A DNA stretch of 37,498 nt, taken from positions 1 to 37,498 of IMG/VR virus record IMGVR_UViG_3300006872_000008. The stretch is one strand, 5' to 3'. A model generated the notes under the pieces. That model ran no database searches. It had not been told where the DNA came from and saw only the letters and a program-made list of their open reading frames with translations. Below are positions 9,166 through 16,645 of this stretch, piece by piece. The DNA comes from a virus. Its lineage: Duplodnaviria; Caudoviricetes. Within the stretch, counting starts at the first letter, position 1; each line of letters begins with the position of its first letter. A program made the position numbers and the translations under genes.

Positions 9166-9875
9166 AGCTCGACCGCGCCGCCGTGCTCGAGGCGATGCGC
9201 GCGACGCACATCCCCGAGGCGACGAGCGGCCTCTGGCGGGTCCATCGGTGGAGCCCGCGCACGCCGCAGGTGAACCGCGACGGCGAGATCGTCGCGCCGG
9301 GCACCTACACCTCGCTGCGGCGCCTCACCTGGGAAACCGCCGACGCCGGCGGCGAGGCCGTCATGAGCGACGATCTCCCCGAGCTGCGCAAGCACCTCGA
9401 GCCGATCTTCCGCGCGCGCGGGCGCGTGCTCGTGAGCGGCCTCGGCCTCGGCTGCGTGGTGCGCGGCTTCCTCGCGAACCCCGCCGTGGAGCACGTCGAC
9501 GTGGTCGAGCGCGACCCCGACGTCCTCACGCTCGTGCGGCCGCACCTTCCGCGCGAGCGGGTCACGATCTATCAGGCCGACGCGGTCGCGTTCGCGAAGA
9601 GCGCGGCGCGCGCCGGCTTCCGCTGGGATCTCGCCTGGCATGACCTCTGGAGCGACCGGGACGGCGGCGAGCCCGCCCTGCCGATCACGCACCAGCGGAT
9701 CATGCTCGCGCTCGCCGGGCAGGTCGCCTGGCAGGGCGCCTGGGCATACCCGCGCTGGCTGCGCGAGATCCTGCGGCGACGGTTCCCCGCGGCGCGAGCG
9801 TTCGCGCGCGCGGGTGAGAGGGGCGGCCCGGGGGAGCTGCGTGCACGTTGCGCATCGTTGGCCGCGACGAGCTAG
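9162..9875 (+). CDS. Class I SAM-dependent methyltransferase fold (spermidine-synthase-like)
   Basis: GRVLVSGLGLG glycine loop, VDVVERDPDV acidic residue after strand 2, IYQADA and WDLAWHDLW motifs. Confidence 0.82.
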   Translation: MKLDRAAVLEAMRATHIPEATSGLWRVHRWSPRTPQVNRDGEIVAPGTYTSLRRLTWETADAGGEAVMSDDLPELRKHLEPIFRARGRVLVSGLGLGCVVRGFLANPAVEHVDVVERDPDVLTLVRPHLPRERVTIYQADAVAFAKSAARAGFRWDLAWHDLWSDRDGGEPALPITHQRIMLALAGQVAWQGAWAYPRWLREILRRRFPAARAFARAGERGGPGELRARCASLAATS

Positions 9876-9943
9876 GCGAGCGCGCACACTCCCCCGGAAC
9901 CGCTCCCACGATAAGAAACCTCGCCACCTTTGCCGCGCGCGGG
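9801..9943 (+). ncRNA. Putative long rod-like structured RNA upstream of recT
   Basis: Nested helices 9801-10/9934-43, 9813-18/9920-25, 9820-26/9900-06, 9828-36/9889-97 (perfect), 9838-44/9880-86 and 9855-60/9865-70. G.U pairs favour the + strand. Confidence 0.45.
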
Positions 9944-9969
9944 CCACGTCCGTGCACCGGAGGAGAGCC

Positions 9970-10962
9970 ATGCCCGAGCTGAACAGCGACCGCGAACGCG
10001 AACAGGAAGCGGGCGACGGGCCGAGCCCGATCGAATCCGCGCTCCGGGGAGCGAACTTCCGCACGATCCTCGAAGGCATCGTGCGCGACCCGGCGATCCT
10101 GAAGCGCATCGTCGGCGTCGCCCTGCGGCAGGTTCACGAGGTCGAGAACCTCGACCGCTGCACGCCGCACAGCTTCATCTCGTGCGTGCTCGAGGCCGCC
10201 ACCCTCGGGCTTGAAATCGGGATCAACGGCGAGTGCTGGATGATCCCCTACGAGACGCCGCGCCGGAGCGGGAGCTTCGTGGCCCAGCTCCAGATCGGGT
10301 ACCTGGGTCACCTCGCGCTCGCTTGGCGCAGCGAGAAGATCGCCGGGCTCCAGTGCGACGTGGTCTGCGACGGCGACTTTTTCGAGTACCAGAAGGGCAC
10401 CGATGGCTTCATTCGCCACCGCCCGAAGGACGGCCGGCTCCCGAGCCGGCACAACATCACCCACGTGTACGCGGTCCTCAAAACGATCTACGGCGGCGAG
10501 ATCTGGGACGTCTACGACGTGACCCAGATCGAACAGATCCGGCAGGCCGCGCCGAGCGGCGATTCGCCCGCCTGGGTCGATCACTACGGCGCGATGGCGC
10601 GCGGCAAGATGCTGAAGCAGGTCGTGAAGTTCGCGCCGAAGAGCCGCGAGCAGGCGACCGCGGTCAGCCTCGAAGAGCAGGCCGACGCGCGCCTCTCGCA
10701 GACGTTCACCCACGACGTGAGCGCGTTCACCTCGATCCCTGCACGCACCACGCGCGGCGCCACGATCGATGAGGCGCGAGGCGAGGCGCCCGCGCGCGAC
10801 CCCGAGCCCGCGAAGCCGCGCGAGGCGGAGGCCCAGCCCGCGGCGAAGGCCGCGACGGCGAGCGCGAGCGGAGCACCCGCGAACACTTCTCCGGGAGGCG
10901 GCGCCACCGGGCCGACGTCCGGGGCACCCACGAAGGCGACCCAGAGCAAGCTGGGCTGGTAG
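9970..10962 (+). CDS. recT: RecT family ssDNA-annealing protein
   Basis: LDRCTPHSFISCVLEAATLGLE, CWMIPY, AQLQIGYLG, VCDGDFFEYQKG, SPAWVDHYGAMARGKMLKQVVKFAPKS; GGAGGA RBS. Confidence 0.93.
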   Translation: MPELNSDREREQEAGDGPSPIESALRGANFRTILEGIVRDPAILKRIVGVALRQVHEVENLDRCTPHSFISCVLEAATLGLEIGINGECWMIPYETPRRSGSFVAQLQIGYLGHLALAWRSEKIAGLQCDVVCDGDFFEYQKGTDGFIRHRPKDGRLPSRHNITHVYAVLKTIYGGEIWDVYDVTQIEQIRQAAPSGDSPAWVDHYGAMARGKMLKQVVKFAPKSREQATAVSLEEQADARLSQTFTHDVSAFTSIPARTTRGATIDEARGEAPARDPEPAKPREAEAQPAAKAATASASGAPANTSPGGGATGPTSGAPTKATQSKLGW

Positions 10963-10973
10963 AGGAGAACGCC

Positions 10974-11219
10974 ATGCCGAACCTGGCCATGAAACGGAAG
11001 CTCGAGAGCGGCGAGTGCCGCGACGTGAGCCGCTGCGCGCGAACGCCCGACGGCGACTACGTCCTCGAGCACTTCGAGGAAGAGGTCGATTACGCGAACG
11101 CCGAGACGGAGGAGTGGATCTGGTCGATCGGCCGCGACCGGGCGACGGGCCAGATCCTGGCATCGCACTCGACGCGCTTCTATCAGAACCCCGCCTACGA
11201 GTGCGTGTGGCTCCGATGA
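10974..11219 (+). CDS. Hypothetical protein
   Basis: GAGGAG RBS; WIWSIGR...FYQNPAYECVWLR; coupled to the next gene. Confidence 0.75.
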   Translation: MPNLAMKRKLESGECRDVSRCARTPDGDYVLEHFEEEVDYANAETEEWIWSIGRDRATGQILASHSTRFYQNPAYECVWLR

Positions 11220-13123
11220 AGCTCACGCTCGAGAACTGGTACAGCCACGCGAAGGCGACCCTCGCGAGCGGCGCGCGCGTGACCATGATCGTCGGCGAGA
11301 ACGGGGTCGGGAAAACGGCCGTGCGCGACGCGGTCGAGTTTCTGTTCCTCGGCACCGGGCTGCTGCGCGGCATCGGCACGAAGAAAGACCTCGCCGCGTT
11401 CGCGATCCGCACCGGCGCCGCCGAGTGCGCGGTCACGCTCGAGGGCGAGACGATCCGGCTGCGGCGCACGATGAACGCGAAGGCCCAGCAGCTCGTGACG
11501 CGCGAGCGCCGCGAGAACCCGAGCGCGAAGTGGAGCGAGCCCGAGCCGATCCCGGTGGCGAACGCCGTGCAATTCCTGCTCGGGCGCGTGGTCGCCGAGG
11601 ACGTGCTGCGCGCGCTCCTCGACCCGTTCGCTTTCGAGCGGCTCGAGCCGACGCGCCGACGCGAGATGCTGATCCAGGCGACGAGCACGGGCGCGCCGGC
11701 CGACGCGATCGCGAAGGCCCTCGGCGCGCGCTTCCCGAACGCGCAGGCGAGCGAGATCCTGGCGATCGCCGAGATGGCCGCCGAGCACGGCTTCCGTCAC
11801 GCCGAGCAGACCGTGGTCCAGGCGCGCCGCGAGGCGAAGCGCGCGGCCGAGGCGCCCGCCTTCGAAGCCCCCGACCCGAAGGCTGAGGGCGTCGACCTCG
11901 CCGCGGGCACCCTCGCCGAATTCCAGGCGCACCTCGCCGGGATCCGCGAGGCGCACACCGCGGCCGTGGCGCGCGAGGCGAGCAGCGTGGCGAAGCTCGA
12001 GGGCGAGCTGGCCGCGCTGGAAGCCCGCCAGCGCACGCTGCTCGAGCCGGGCGAGCCCTACGACCTCGAGGCCGCAGAGCTGGCCGAGGCGAACGCCCGG
12101 GGCGCCCTGGCGGCCGCCGAGGCGGCCCTCGCGGACGCCGGCCGGGGACTCGAGGCGACCGAGCGCTCGGCGCGCGCGGTCTCGGCCGACCCCCCGGCCC
12201 AGTGCCCGGCGATGCCGCCCGGGATCAGCTGGGCATGCCCCGTGAAGCCGGCCGCCTTCCGCAAGCCGCTCGAGGCGACCGCCGCGATCCAGCAGCAGGC
12301 CGCCGAGGCCCTGCCCGAGGCCCGCGCCACCCACAGCGAGGCCCATACGGCGATGGAGACGGCCCGCCGCACGCTCCGCGCGGCAACCGACGCCCTGGCG
12401 CAGGCCCGCGAGCGCGATCGCGCCGCCACGGCCGCCCTGGGCGAGCTGGAAGGGCTCGAGAGCCGGATCAACGGGCTCGCGGCCCAGATCACCCGAGCGA
12501 AGGCCGCCCCCGCCGCGGAGCCCGGGCAGAGCGCCGCCGAGCTGTCCGCCCGGGTCCAGAAGGGCGAGCGGATCGTCGAAGGCAAGCGCCGCTACGACGC
12601 CGCGGTCGCCGCGATCGGGAAGGCCGACGCGGCGCGCGCGGAGGCGAAGGCAAAGGTCGAGTGGCTCGACGCCCTCGCGAAGGCGCTCGCCCCGGACGGG
12701 GTCGAGATGAGCCTTGGCGGCGCCGCGCGGGCCGCCTTCCTGGCCGCGGCCGGCAAGGCGATCCGGCTGCTCGCCGGCGAGGTGGAGCTGACCCCGGAAT
12801 TCGAGCTGCGCTGCGGCGGGCGCCACCCGACCCAGCTCAGCCTTTCCCAGCGGATGGCGCTCGGCGTGGCCCTCCAGCACGCGCTCGCGGCCGCCGCGGA
12901 CTTCCCCCTTCCCCTGCTGATGACGGACGCGCTCGACACGTTCGATCAGCCGCACCGGGCCGCCTGGTTCGGATTCGCGAAGTGGGTCGCCGAGCACTAC
13001 CCGCTCGGCGTCTGGGGGCTCGCGACCACCAGCGGCGAACCGGGCCAGCCGCCGGAGGGATCCGCCACGATCTGGCTTCGCGCCGGCGAGGCACCACGAA
13101 CGCTCGGGGAGGTCGGCTTCTGA
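11216..13123 (+). CDS. SMC/Rad50/SbcC-like coiled-coil ABC ATPase
   Basis: MKLTLENWYSH, Walker A GENGVGKT, long Ala-rich coiled coil with central Cys pair (CPAMPPGISWAC), signature LSLSQR, Walker B LLMTDALD. Confidence 0.85.
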   Translation: MKLTLENWYSHAKATLASGARVTMIVGENGVGKTAVRDAVEFLFLGTGLLRGIGTKKDLAAFAIRTGAAECAVTLEGETIRLRRTMNAKAQQLVTRERRENPSAKWSEPEPIPVANAVQFLLGRVVAEDVLRALLDPFAFERLEPTRRREMLIQATSTGAPADAIAKALGARFPNAQASEILAIAEMAAEHGFRHAEQTVVQARREAKRAAEAPAFEAPDPKAEGVDLAAGTLAEFQAHLAGIREAHTAAVAREASSVAKLEGELAALEARQRTLLEPGEPYDLEAAELAEANARGALAAAEAALADAGRGLEATERSARAVSADPPAQCPAMPPGISWACPVKPAAFRKPLEATAAIQQQAAEALPEARATHSEAHTAMETARRTLRAATDALAQARERDRAATAALGELEGLESRINGLAAQITRAKAAPAAEPGQSAAELSARVQKGERIVEGKRRYDAAVAAIGKADAARAEAKAKVEWLDALAKALAPDGVEMSLGGAARAAFLAAAGKAIRLLAGEVELTPEFELRCGGRHPTQLSLSQRMALGVALQHALAAAADFPLPLLMTDALDTFDQPHRAAWFGFAKWVAEHYPLGVWGLATTSGEPGQPPEGSATIWLRAGEAPRTLGEVGF

Positions 13124-13434
13124 TGGGAACGCGCACAGTGATCAAGCTCCGGGTGCGGCACCTGCACTCGCTCGCCACGTTCATCCGCGTGGTCGACGGG
13201 CACTTCATCGGGATCCGCCACCGGATCGCCCCGCTCGGGCTCGACGCGAACGATCGCCTCGAGGTCCGCGCGATCGATCACGACCTCGGCGGCCCCGAGG
13301 ACACGCCGCAGGCGAACGCCACGCTCGAGGACTGGTACATCAGCAGCGGAGAGCAGTGGCTCGCGATCGTGCGCCGGCTGCCCGACCTCGGCTGGGTCGG
13401 CGGATTCGACGCCCCGAAGAGCGCGGGTCTCTGA
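13123..13434 (+). CDS. Hypothetical protein
   Basis: MGTRTVIKLRVRHL...; TGATG coupling at both ends. Confidence 0.7.
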   Translation: MGTRTVIKLRVRHLHSLATFIRVVDGHFIGIRHRIAPLGLDANDRLEVRAIDHDLGGPEDTPQANATLEDWYISSGEQWLAIVRRLPDLGWVGGFDAPKSAGL

Positions 13435-13904
13435 TGGCCATCGAAGTCGCGCTCACGCTGACCCTCGATCAGATCGCCGACAACGTCCGGGCCATGAACG
13501 TGACGCCCGGGCAGCCCACGGTGTGGTTCTCCCAGCAGACCGTCTGGTGGACCACGATTCCCGATCACCGCTTCCGCCTGCGCCTCCTCGGGCAGCTGCG
13601 CCAGATCGAACGCGACCCGCCCGGGAGCGAGCTGCCCGACCTCCTGGTCGATCCGAAGGGCGCGCCGCTCTTCGAGGCGGACCTCTTCGAATTCATCGAG
13701 AAGGCGAAGGCCGCGGCCGCGGTCGGCATGTACGGCCGCCACGGGATCATCGCGCTCACCGCAGCGCACAGCGCGAACGTGATCGCCGGACTCGGCATGC
13801 CGCTCGCCGACGCGCCGACGAGCTGGGACGAAGTGAACGATGCGCTCGATCGCTGGGTCGCGCGCACCGATCAGCGCACAAGCCGCATCATCCGGGTGCA
13901 CTGA
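13434..13904 (+). CDS. Hypothetical protein
   Basis: MAIEVALTLTLDQI...WWTT...DPKGAPLFE...YGRHGI; TGATG coupling. Confidence 0.72.
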   Translation: MAIEVALTLTLDQIADNVRAMNVTPGQPTVWFSQQTVWWTTIPDHRFRLRLLGQLRQIERDPPGSELPDLLVDPKGAPLFEADLFEFIEKAKAAAAVGMYGRHGIIALTAAHSANVIAGLGMPLADAPTSWDEVNDALDRWVARTDQRTSRIIRVH

Positions 13905-14059
13905 TGCTCGACCTCTGGCTGACCGCCTTCGGAGCCGCGGCGTGCTTCGCGCTCGCCGCGCACGCGCTCTTCACGAGGCGCCGCGGCTGGGCGATCTGGT
14001 TCGCGCTCCTCGCGATGGCCGGGAGCGCACTGACCGCGCTGAACTTCGCCGCGCTCTAG
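13904..14059 (+). CDS. Small membrane protein, last gene of the early operon
   Basis: MLDLWLTAFGAAACFALAAHALF-TRRRG-WAIWFALLAMAGSALTAL; its stop overlaps the convergent gene's stop in CTAG. Confidence 0.6.
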   Translation: MLDLWLTAFGAAACFALAAHALFTRRRGWAIWFALLAMAGSALTALNFAAL

Positions 14060-14523
14060 GCGGCGGGAGCGCGCCCCGGATCGAACGTCGCGAGCACCGC
14101 CGGGTGATCCGGCGCGAGCGCCGCCTTGCGCCAGCGGTTCCACGCGAGCGCGCCGCCGCTCGAGACGGCCGCCCACATCGCGGTGCGCTGCCAGGCCCAG
14201 CCGTCGCCCGAGTGCGTGAGCGCCTCCCAGAGCAGCCAATTCGCGGCCGCGAAGCCGAGCCCGAGGTGCGGACCCACGCGGAAGGCCCAGTCGTGCAGGC
14301 AGCCCTCCTCGGCCGTGTCGGACTTCGAGGGCATGAGCGTCCAGGCGACACGCGGGATCGAAGCGCCGTCGAACACGAAGCCCGCGGGCACGATCAGCTC
14401 GCGCTCGACGAGCTGGCGGTAGCGCAGCGAGCCGCGCGAGCGATAGACGAGCGGCTCGCGGAGCCGTTGCAGCTCGTCGTCCAGGTGCTCGAGCACCGCG
14501 CGGTTCTGGAATCCGTAGGCCAT
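14056..14523 (-). CDS. DUF1353 family protein
   Basis: LIVPAGFVFDGASIPRVAW...LHDWAF...ANWLLWEAL...MWAAV; GAGGGGG RBS; adjacent to the lysis genes. Confidence 0.8.
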   Translation of the reverse strand: MAYGFQNRAVLEHLDDELQRLREPLVYRSRGSLRYRQLVERELIVPAGFVFDGASIPRVAWTLMPSKSDTAEEGCLHDWAFRVGPHLGLGFAAANWLLWEALTHSGDGWAWQRTAMWAAVSSGGALAWNRWRKAALAPDHPAVLATFDPGRAPAA

Positions 14524-14537
14524 GCGGCCCCCTCGGT

Positions 14538-14631
14538 GGACTTCCCGGCCGACGTTGAGGTGGCGTCTCTCGGCCGACCGGGAAGCCCGGGAGGTGCCTC
14601 AGAACAGGCGCGGCGCGAGCCTATCACCTCA
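14538..14631 (-). ncRNA. Putative structured leader RNA with alternative pairing
   Basis: 16-bp stem 14538-53/14573-88 (three G.U pairs on the minus strand). A 5' (U)GAGGUG can pair with CACCUC at 14591-96 or with CACCUCA in the loop (14556-62). Confidence 0.4.
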
Positions 14632-14701
14632 CGGGCAGGGAATCTCCCGCGGCTGCGACGTCGTGAGCACGGGCTCCGAGTCGTACTCGCGGATCACGAT
14701 C

Positions 14702-15370
14702 TCAGAGCACCGTCGGGGCGACCGGGGCCGAGGCGGGGATTTGGGGAAACGTGATCGTCGCGAACGTCGCGGCGCCTCCCGTCGAGAACCCCGATGCGGT
14801 GCACCGGAACTCGATCACGCGAACCGTGCTGCCGGCCGGAGCGCGCGGCGCTTGCGAGGCCGCGAGCGTCAGCTGGCCGCCCGGCGTGCCCGCCGTGACG
14901 CTGAGCAGCGGCGTGCCGTTCAGCTCCCGGAGCACCAGGGTCTCGCCCGCGACCGCGCCCGTCGCCGGATCCGCGGGGCAGGCGAGCACGTTCAGCGGGC
15001 CCGTCGCCCAGTTGCGCGAGCACGCCGGCGCCGTCGCGGTGCCGCCCTGGCAAGTCGTCTGGGCGACCGCCGGCGTGGCCGACGCGAAGGGAAGCGCGAG
15101 CAGGATGAACGCCATCAGCAGGCCGCTGAGCGGCGGCTGCCCGCTCGAGCGCCGGAGCCCGATGAGCGCGAGCAGGCCCGAGCCGTACTTCGCGGCGACC
15201 GCGAGCTGCGCGAGCCCGCCCGTAACCGCGGCCTCACCGCCCGCGAGCGCGTCCTGGGCCGCCTGACCGGTGCCCGCGGCGATCACGCCCTGCTGCTCGA
15301 GGTACGCCAGAGCGGCGAACAGCGTGCCGCCGATCAGCGTGAGAGACTTCCGCCAAGGTTTCGTGCCCAT
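14702..15370 (-). CDS. Holin-like membrane protein fused to an exported Cys-containing domain
   Basis: MGTKPWRKSLTLIGGTLFAALAYL..., internal signal-like GLLMAFILLALPFASATPAVA-Q, then a Thr/Ala/Gly-rich domain with four Cys; AAGGAGGG RBS. Confidence 0.55.
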   Translation of the reverse strand: MGTKPWRKSLTLIGGTLFAALAYLEQQGVIAAGTGQAAQDALAGGEAAVTGGLAQLAVAAKYGSGLLALIGLRRSSGQPPLSGLLMAFILLALPFASATPAVAQTTCQGGTATAPACSRNWATGPLNVLACPADPATGAVAGETLVLRELNGTPLLSVTAGTPGGQLTLAASQAPRAPAGSTVRVIEFRCTASGFSTGGAATFATITFPQIPASAPVAPTVL

Positions 15371-15393
15371 GAGGCCCTCCTTGGCGGAGCACC

Positions 15394-15630
15394 CTATCGC
15401 AGCACCACCCCGATCGCCGCGCCGATGACCGCGCCCGGGATCCAGAAGAGCGCCTCGCGCCAGCGCTTCAGGCTCCACTTCCGCAGGTCGCGCTCGCCGT
15501 GGTGCTCGCGTGCGAAGCCGAGCAACACGGGCCAGCCAACCGAGAGCCACAGCGGCGCCCACACGAAGGCCGAGACGCCGGCGAAGAGAGCGCCGAAGAG
15601 CGCGTGCAGTGCTTCGTCTCGCGTGATCAT
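15394..15630 (-). CDS. Small membrane protein in lysis cassette (holin candidate)
   Basis: MITRDEALHALFGALFAGVSAFVWAPLWLSVGWPVLLGF...ALFWIPGAVIGAAIGVVLR. Confidence 0.6.
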   Translation of the reverse strand: MITRDEALHALFGALFAGVSAFVWAPLWLSVGWPVLLGFAREHHGERDLRKWSLKRWREALFWIPGAVIGAAIGVVLR

Positions 15631-16112
15631 GAGCTGCTCCCGTCCTTCGCGGCGACCTTGCGCCGCAGGTGATCCAGGCCCTGCGCCACGGTGTCGACTG
15701 CTTCGCCGACGTCCTTGAACCGCTCGGGGATTGCGTCCAGCTCGCGGATGATCACGCGCGTGTCGCTCTTCACGTCCCCGTACTGCGCGGCGATGTCCCG
15801 GATCGCGCCCTGGATCCCAGCGCCGGTCTCCGCGTGGATGCGCGTGAGCGTCGAGAGCATGCTCTGCTCGAGCTTGCCGATCGCCGCGACGATCTCGTTG
15901 CGGTGCTTCTCGTCCTCGCGCGCCTTCTCGGCAAACCACGCCTTCGCCATCGCCTCGAAGTCGCTCTCGGTGCGCCGGATCTGGAGCTTCCCAGTCATCA
16001 CGCCGGTGAAGAGGGCCGCGACGCCGCCGGCGACGAGGTGCCAGGCTTGCAGGACGAAGCCTGGCTCGGACGGCGGAAGATCAGCGGGTGAAGCCACGGG
16101 GCCCTCGCTCAC
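15627..16112 (-). CDS. Single-TM coiled-coil protein (holin or spanin-like lysis accessory)
   Basis: GTG start overlapping the endolysin stop; AWHLVAGGVAALFTGVMTG TM segment followed by a heptad-rich region. Confidence 0.6.
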   Translation of the reverse strand: MSEGPVASPADLPPSEPGFVLQAWHLVAGGVAALFTGVMTGKLQIRRTESDFEAMAKAWFAEKAREDEKHRNEIVAAIGKLEQSMLSTLTRIHAETGAGIQGAIRDIAAQYGDVKSDTRVIIRELDAIPERFKDVGEAVDTVAQGLDHLRRKVAAKDGSSS

Positions 16113-16645
16113 GCCCGGGAGATCTCGAAGGCGAGTCGCGCGAGCCGGCGCATGAACCCCGTCATGAACCGCACACGAGCCTCCCGGAAGGTGGTGCCGC
16201 CAGCAACGCGCTCCACGGGGAGACGCCGGATCCACGCGGAGAGGAACGCGGCGCGCGCCTCGATTAGCGCGAGCGCGAGCGCATCGGGAGTGGTCGTGCT
16301 CGAGCACGCCGACCGCACCGCCTCGACCGTTTTCGGCCCGAGCGAGCCGTCAGGGTTCGCCCCCACCAGCCGCTGCAGCGCCTGCACGGCGGGCGCGCCC
16401 GACTGGAAGTAGAAGTCGAAGAGCGAGATCGCGACCGGCGGCGGCAGCTCGCCGCCGCGGATCCGATCCCAGCGCCGGCGGTAGGCCGCGTCGCGCTCGG
16501 CATCGGTGAGCACACCATCGGCCCACTCGAGGGGATTCGCGTGCGACGCGATCCCATCGCGGGTCTTGCCGCCCGGGTCGTCCGGGTCATCGGCGAAGCC
16601 CTTCTCCTCGGCCAGCGTGAAGCGGTAGGCGCGCTCGTAGCTCAT
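16109..16645 (-). CDS. Endolysin, glycoside hydrolase family 108
   Basis: EEKGFADDPDDPGGKTRDGI catalytic motif, ELPPPVAISLFDF, LQRLVGANPDGSLGPKT, FMTGFMRRL. Confidence 0.9.
   Translation of the reverse strand: MSYERAYRFTLAEEKGFADDPDDPGGKTRDGIASHANPLEWADGVLTDAERDAAYRRRWDRIRGGELPPPVAISLFDFYFQSGAPAVQALQRLVGANPDGSLGPKTVEAVRSACSSTTTPDALALALIEARAAFLSAWIRRLPVERVAGGTTFREARVRFMTGFMRRLARLAFEISRA

Noticed and set aside
9801-9943. Identity as 6S RNA
   Set aside because: It is shorter than typical 6S RNA and the bulge is one-sided rather than a central bubble.
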